Below are positions 6,669 to 10,847 of a DNA stretch of 10,847 bases, in pieces. A program made the position numbers and the translations under genes. A model generated the notes under the pieces. It was given only the letters and a program-made list of their open reading frames with translations, was not told where the DNA came from and searched no databases. This stretch comes from Candidatus Krumholzibacteriota bacterium (lineage in GTDB: Bacteria > Krumholzibacteriota > Krumholzibacteriia > Krumholzibacteriales > Krumholzibacteriaceae). The DNA is taken from the NCBI GenBank assembly GCA_016926065.1, contig JAFGPI010000117.1:1-10847 (forward strand). Direction: 5' to 3'. Positions within the stretch are counted from its first letter, which is position 1. Every line of letters begins with the position of its first letter.

Positions 6669-7892
6669 ATGGGAAACAAGGGCGTGCCGGTTATCATGTA
6701 TCACGGGGTAAGTCCCGGTCATCCCGGTTGGCTGTGGAACCATCTGCTCACCCCGGTGGAGGTGTTCGAGGCCCAGATGTCCCGGTTGCGGGAGGGGGAG
6801 TGGACCGCCATATCCCTGGCCCAACTGTATTCCCATATGTCCCGGAACGCTCCCCTGCCCGAAAAACCGATCGTGCTGACCTTCGACGACGGGTATCTGG
6901 ACAATTGGGTTTACGCCTACCCGATTCTGAAAAAGTACGGTCTCCAGGGAGTAATCTGGATGACCACCGACTTCATCGATCCGCGGCCCGATGCCCGTCC
7001 CAACCTGGATGACTACTGGAACGGCCGGGTGGCCCGGGGGGAGCTCCGGGGAGAGGGATTCCTGTCCCTGGCGGAAATGCGGAAGATGGTCTCCTCCGGA
7101 CATATCGAGATTCAGAGCCATGCCCGGACCCACACCTGGTATTTCCGCGGTCCCCGGATCGTGGATTTTCACCGGCCGAAAGGAGTGGATGGATACATAC
7201 CGCAGCCCTGGTTGGCCTGGAATGCCGCCCCCCAGAGAAAATTCGCCTATCTAGCCGAAGAGTACGAAACCCTGGTGCCCTATGGATCGCCCATCTACGA
7301 GAACGGAAAATCCCTCCAGGTGAAGAGGTATTTTGAGGATGAGGAGCTCACTCGGCTGCTGGTGGATCATGTGCGCCGGGAGGGAGGAGAGCGTTTTTTT
7401 CTCCGCCCGGGATGGCGTAAGGAACTGGAGAGGCTGGTGGCGGAAAATCCTCCCCGGGGCGGACGCCTGGAAAGCGAGGAGGAATACCGGCGGCGGGTCG
7501 AGGATGAATTGCAGGAATCCCGCCGGATCCTCTCCTCCTCCCTCGGCACCGAGGTGAATTTTCTGTGCTGGCCGGGAGCCGGGATCAATGACACCGCCCT
7601 GCGGCTGGCGTCCGAGGCGGGATATCTGGCCACCACCACCCATTATCTGGACCGGAAAAAGCGCAATTGTTTCGGCGAGAATCCCCGCGAGATCAACCGT
7701 ATCTACTGCGGCAGTCCCTGGTTCTGGAGGGGAAAAAGGATTACCGATCACACCGACCCCGGGTTTTTCCTAAGTACCGTGGAGGCCTTCCGGGGAAACC
7801 GGCTCGCCGCCTGGAAAACGCGTTTATTTAAATTTAAATATCTGGTACACTATTATCTCCTTGGGAGTAAAAATGAGATAGGAGTCCGTTGA
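6669..7892 (+). CDS. Polysaccharide deacetylase (NodB homology domain / CE4 family). It has no N-terminal signal peptide and is probably cytoplasmic
   Basis: The N-terminus VPVIMYHGV is the typical start of a NodB domain. The TFDDGY Asp-Asp motif and the H-A-R-T-H (HxxxH) metal-binding motif are present, and NFLCWPGAG is the C-terminal motif region. The gene ends in an ATGA overlap with the next gene. GGAG lies 9 nt upstream of ATG 6669. Confidence 0.8.
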   Translation: MGNKGVPVIMYHGVSPGHPGWLWNHLLTPVEVFEAQMSRLREGEWTAISLAQLYSHMSRNAPLPEKPIVLTFDDGYLDNWVYAYPILKKYGLQGVIWMTTDFIDPRPDARPNLDDYWNGRVARGELRGEGFLSLAEMRKMVSSGHIEIQSHARTHTWYFRGPRIVDFHRPKGVDGYIPQPWLAWNAAPQRKFAYLAEEYETLVPYGSPIYENGKSLQVKRYFEDEELTRLLVDHVRREGGERFFLRPGWRKELERLVAENPPRGGRLESEEEYRRRVEDELQESRRILSSSLGTEVNFLCWPGAGINDTALRLASEAGYLATTTHYLDRKKRNCFGENPREINRIYCGSPWFWRGKRITDHTDPGFFLSTVEAFRGNRLAAWKTRLFKFKYLVHYYLLGSKNEIGVR

Positions 7893-9616
7893 AAATGTTG
7901 CTGCCCCTTGCCCCGTCCCTGGTCAGAAATGTCATTTATCCGGTTTATAGAGGTTTGAGGGGGGACAAGCTGCTGCAGATCCTGCAGGAACTGGAGGAGA
8001 ACCAGTACCTTTCCCCGGAGGAACTGGAGGATATACAGTGGCGGAGGATGTCCGCCTTCCTTGAATATATCGCCAACCACGTTCCCTATTACAGGGAGCT
8101 TTTTGAGCAATCCGGCTGGAAGGCGGAAGATTTTCAGAATCCGACCGATCTGCTGCGGGTCCCTCTTCTGACCAAGGAGATTATCCGCCGGGAGGGAAAG
8201 AGCCTGGTCACCACCGATCCTCTCATCAAGGGGTACGACTCCAACACCGGAGGTTCAACCGGAGAGCCTCTCTATTTCAAGATAGCCAATTCCACCAGCC
8301 CCTACCGCCGGGCCAACACCCAGAGATGCTACCGCATGTGCGGGATAGAGATCGGGGAGAAGCAGGCCTATGTCTGGGGTTTTCCCTTCAATATTCCCCG
8401 GAAGGAGAAGATCAAGTCTTCCTTCCGGAATTATTTCAACAATATCACCTACCTCTCCTCTTTCAATATGTCGGAGCAGGCGATGCGCGACTACGCGCTC
8501 AAGTTAAAGAAATTCAAACCGGCGGTGGTTATCGGATATCCTTCCGCGGTGACCCTTTTCGCCGAATTCTGCCGGGATAATCAAATATCGGGGATCGAAC
8601 CCCGGGCGGTGATTTCCAGCGGGGAGAAAATGTATCCGCCCCAAAGGGAGGTGCTGGAGGAATTCTTCGGCTGCCCGGTCTTCGACCGCTACGGCAGCAA
8701 CGAATTCGCCAATGTGGCGCATGAATGCGACCGGCACAAGGGACTGCACGTTTTCAACGACCTGCTCTACGTGGAGGTGCTGCACGAGAACGGTAGGCCG
8801 GCCGGCCCCGGGGAAGTGGGGGAAATAGTAATAACCGATTTTCTTAACCGTTTCATGCCTTTCGTCAGGTACCGCACCGGGGACATGGCGGTTCAAACCG
8901 ACAGAACCTGTGAGTGCGGCCGGGGCCTGCCCCTGCTGGAACGGATCGAGGGTAGGACCTTCGATACGGTGATGACCAACGACGGAAGATTCATCGGCGG
9001 GTACTTCTGGACCTATCTTTCCCGGGTGGTCCCGGGAGTGAAGCAGTTCCAGGTCGAGCAGAAGCAGAGGAACACGGTGACCTTCCGGATCGTGCCGGGC
9101 CCGCAGTGGGAAGACCAATACCAGGAAAGGATAATAAAGGAAATAGTGGAGAACATGGGCCCGGGAACCAAGGTGAATTTCGAAAAGGTCGCCGAGATTC
9201 CCCTCTCCCCGGCCGGTAAATTCAGATTCATCCTTTCCAAGGTGGAAGAAAGGATGGTGGTGAAGTCGAAGATCCATAAGGCCAGCGTGACCGGCGAGGA
9301 CCGCGAGCGGATAGACTGCATTGTAGTGGATGAGGAAATTCTGGAATTGAGTAATATCGCTCCCTGCGAAAGAGTGCTGATAGTGGACAACGATAACGGC
9401 GCCCGGGTGGAAGCTTTCGTGGTGAAAGGAGAAAGGGGCAGCCAGGAGATAGTAACCTGCGGGGGGGTGGCCCAGCACATTCACGCCGGAGACGAGGTTA
9501 TCATCATGGCCTTTACCTGGTCGGAGGAAACCCACGGACACTTTACCAATATCCTGGTGGACGAATCGAACAAGTTCGTTCGCTACCTTACCGAAAAGGC
9601 GGGGGATAAAATATAG
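7889..9616 (+). CDS. PaaK/CapK/coenzyme-F390-synthetase-family adenylate-forming ligase (aa 1-455) fused to a C-terminal PanD-like double-psi beta-barrel domain (aa 456-575) that lacks the catalytic residues
   Basis: The N-terminus SPEELEDIQWRRMSAFLEYIANHVPYYRELFEQSGWKAEDFQNPTDLLRVPLLTKEII is typical of PaaK-like enzymes. GGSTGEPL is the phosphate-binding motif. The C-terminal 120 aa align gaplessly with the downstream PanD. The start overlaps the deacetylase stop (ATGA). Confidence 0.85.
   Translation: MKMLLPLAPSLVRNVIYPVYRGLRGDKLLQILQELEENQYLSPEELEDIQWRRMSAFLEYIANHVPYYRELFEQSGWKAEDFQNPTDLLRVPLLTKEIIRREGKSLVTTDPLIKGYDSNTGGSTGEPLYFKIANSTSPYRRANTQRCYRMCGIEIGEKQAYVWGFPFNIPRKEKIKSSFRNYFNNITYLSSFNMSEQAMRDYALKLKKFKPAVVIGYPSAVTLFAEFCRDNQISGIEPRAVISSGEKMYPPQREVLEEFFGCPVFDRYGSNEFANVAHECDRHKGLHVFNDLLYVEVLHENGRPAGPGEVGEIVITDFLNRFMPFVRYRTGDMAVQTDRTCECGRGLPLLERIEGRTFDTVMTNDGRFIGGYFWTYLSRVVPGVKQFQVEQKQRNTVTFRIVPGPQWEDQYQERIIKEIVENMGPGTKVNFEKVAEIPLSPAGKFRFILSKVEERMVVKSKIHKASVTGEDRERIDCIVVDEEILELSNIAPCERVLIVDNDNGARVEAFVVKGERGSQEIVTCGGVAQHIHAGDEVIIMAFTWSEETHGHFTNILVDESNKFVRYLTEKAGDKI
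9254..9613 (+). other. Degenerate aspartate 1-decarboxylase (PanD)-like domain inside the ligase ORF
   Basis: KSKIHKASVTGEDRERIDCIVVDEE...NGARVEAFVVKGERGS...GDEVIIMAF aligns without gaps over 84 positions to PanD at 9712-10071. The Gly-Ser pyruvoyl precursor pair is replaced by Asp-Cys, and the Tyr of TY(V/A)I is replaced by Phe (EAFVV). Confidence 0.75.
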
Positions 9617-9645
9617 ATGAAAAATGAGATTCCATGTGATATAAT
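9617..9645 (+). promoter_or_regulatory. Candidate internal promoter for panD with an extended -10 (TGaTATAAT) and a weak -35 (ATGAAA)
   Basis: TG at 9637-9638, one spacer base, then the perfect TATAAT at 9640-9645. ATGAAA at 9617-9622 gives a 17-nt spacer. It lies in the 95-bp gap between the ligase and panD. Confidence 0.35.
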
Positions 9646-9711
9646 AATCGCGCGTGGTGTCTTCTCCCGGCCGAAGGCGCTGGCAGGATAAGATCATCAG
9701 GAGGCCATCCC

Positions 9712-10071
9712 ATGAAACGCCTATTATTGAAATCGATGATTCTCAGGGCTACCGTCACGCAGGCTGATATCCAGTATGTGGGAAGCATAACCATTGACGA
9801 GGATCTTATCGATCAAGCTAATCTCAGTGAGCATGAAAATGTGCATGTGGTCGACCGTACCAACGGCAAGAGGTTGGAAACCTACGTGATCAGGGGGGAA
9901 CGCGGTACCGGGGTTATCTGCATGAACGGCGCTGCCGCCCACCTGATCAACCAGGGTGACCAGGTCGATATCATGGCATTTTCCTGGTCCACCGGTAAGG
10001 CCAATCCCATATTCATTCAGGTCGATGAGAATAACCGGTTTCTTAGATGTCTGGATGAAAAGAGTCTTTAA
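9712..10071 (+). CDS. panD: Aspartate 1-decarboxylase (pyruvoyl-dependent), making beta-alanine from L-aspartate
   Basis: AGGAGG at 9699-9704, 7 nt before ATG. The sequence LKSMILRATVTQADIQYVGSITIDEDLID...NGKRLETYVIRGERGTGVICMNGAAAHLINQGDQVDIMAF keeps Lys9, the Gly24-Ser25 cleavage/pyruvoyl site, Arg54, Thr57 and Tyr58 equivalents of E. coli PanD. Length is 119 aa. Confidence 0.85.
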   Translation: MKRLLLKSMILRATVTQADIQYVGSITIDEDLIDQANLSEHENVHVVDRTNGKRLETYVIRGERGTGVICMNGAAAHLINQGDQVDIMAFSWSTGKANPIFIQVDENNRFLRCLDEKSL

Positions 10072-10109
10072 CAGTCCACCGTTCCGAAACATTCCTCAGG
10101 TGATCGATT

Positions 10110-10847
10110 ATGTTTAACAGGAGTATTCGTCTGTTCCGCTTATGGGGAATTCCGGTGGAACTGAATATCAGCTGGGTATTGATCCTGATACTGGTCACCT
10201 GGACCTTCGCCACCAATTATTTTCCTCAGTACTACCCCGGCGTCTTTTCCCCTTCCCGGGCGTGGATTCTCTCTTTTTTCACGGCCCTGCTTTTATTTGT
10301 TTCGATACTGCTGCACGAGTTCAGCCATTCCCTGGTGGCGGTGCGCAGCGGCCTGCCGATCAATAAGATTACCCTGTTCATGTTCGGGGGGGTGGCGCAG
10401 ATGAGCCGGGAGGTGGATAATCCCTCGCTGGAGTTCCGCATGGCGGCCGCCGGTCCGTTGATGACGTTGCTGTTGATAATCGTCATGTATGCCCTGGGGA
10501 TCTTGCTGGGAAGGGTGATTTTTATGGCGGCGTTGTTGAAAACGGTAGCCAGCATCAACGCGGGTATCTTCCTGTTCAATATGTTTCCCGGATTTCCCCT
10601 GGACGGGGGAAGGATTCTCCGGGCCGTGCTATGGCGACGCCAAGGGAGCATTCTCCGCGCCACCAGGACCGCCAGCCGGATCGGGATCGTCTTCGCCTAC
10701 GGCCTGATTATTTTTGGCGCCCTGAATTTAATAATCACTCAAGAGGGGGTGGGGAACCTGTGGATGGTGCTGATCGGTTTTTTCCTGCGGCAGGCGGCCC
10801 GTACCAGCTACGATAGCGTTTTGTACCGATCCCTGCTGAAGAATCTC
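10110..10847 (+). CDS. Site-2 protease family zinc metalloprotease (peptidase M50), 3'-truncated by the window end
   Basis: AGGTGA is 6 nt before ATG 10110. Manual translation is open to the last base. RLFRLWGIPVELNISW is the typical M50 N-terminus, HEFSH is the HExxH zinc site, FNMFPGFPLDGGRIL is the LDG motif, and there are several TM helices. It is not in the ORF track because it is incomplete at the edge. Confidence 0.8.
   Translation, partial: MFNRSIRLFRLWGIPVELNISWVLILILVTWTFATNYFPQYYPGVFSPSRAWILSFFTALLLFVSILLHEFSHSLVAVRSGLPINKITLFMFGGVAQMSREVDNPSLEFRMAAAGPLMTLLLIIVMYALGILLGRVIFMAALLKTVASINAGIFLFNMFPGFPLDGGRILRAVLWRRQGSILRATRTASRIGIVFAYGLIIFGALNLIITQEGVGNLWMVLIGFFLRQAARTSYDSVLYRSLLKNL

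Noticed and set aside
6260-6697. A 145-aa minus-strand ORF spanning the whole divergent intergenic region
   Set aside because: It would begin inside the deacetylase CDS and read across both predicted promoters. It has no SD and a Pro/Gly-rich composition. The region is better explained as regulatory DNA.
8504-9697. A 397-aa ORF antisense to the ligase gene
   Set aside because: It lies entirely opposite a CDS with strong family motifs. Its product is rich in H, P, G and L and is low-complexity, with no recognisable motifs and no SD. Long antisense ORFs like this are expected in GC-rich DNA.
1-10847. CRISPR arrays, tRNA/rRNA genes, IS elements and terminal inverted repeats
   Set aside because: I saw no regularly spaced direct repeats, no cloverleaf-compatible segments, and no transposase or integrase-like ORFs. 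The window looks like ordinary chromosomal operons with no mobile-element signatures.

Overview
This is a visibly GC-rich bacterial window containing ten genes in four transcription units. (1) At the left edge, a minus-strand gene starts at 97 and runs off the window; its N-terminus is a classical signal peptide. The supplied ORF track does not list it. (2) 416-2386 (+) encodes a fused membrane cytochrome-b-like domain plus an HdrD/DsrK-like iron-sulfur oxidoreductase, with two CxxCxxCxxxCP ferredoxin motifs and two CCG domains. (3) 6245 down to 2515 (-) is a tightly packed four-gene operon. It opens with an SPFH/Band-7 (COG4260/YdjI-like) protein carrying a Gly/Ala-rich linker and three tandem C-terminal zinc ribbons. 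Three mutually paralogous proteins follow, each with an N-terminal zinc ribbon and a shared downstream motif; two of them have C-terminal transmembrane anchors. (4) A 420-bp divergent regulatory region separates it from a plus-strand operon at 6669-10847. That operon encodes a NodB-type polysaccharide deacetylase without a signal peptide, then a PaaK/CapK/F390-synthetase-family adenylate-forming ligase fused to a catalytically degenerate aspartate-1-decarboxylase (PanD)-like domain. Next is a bona fide panD with an intact Gly-Ser pyruvoyl site, and last a 3'-truncated site-2 protease (M50, HExxH and LDG motifs) that the ORF track also omits. The two most unusual items are the ligase::dead-PanD plus live-PanD module, which may be a beta-alanine-activating glycan or metabolite modification pathway, and the SPFH plus multi-zinc-ribbon operon. 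The latter resembles B. subtilis ydjGHI but has no pspA within this window. Many long antisense ORFs in the track are GC-skew artefacts.
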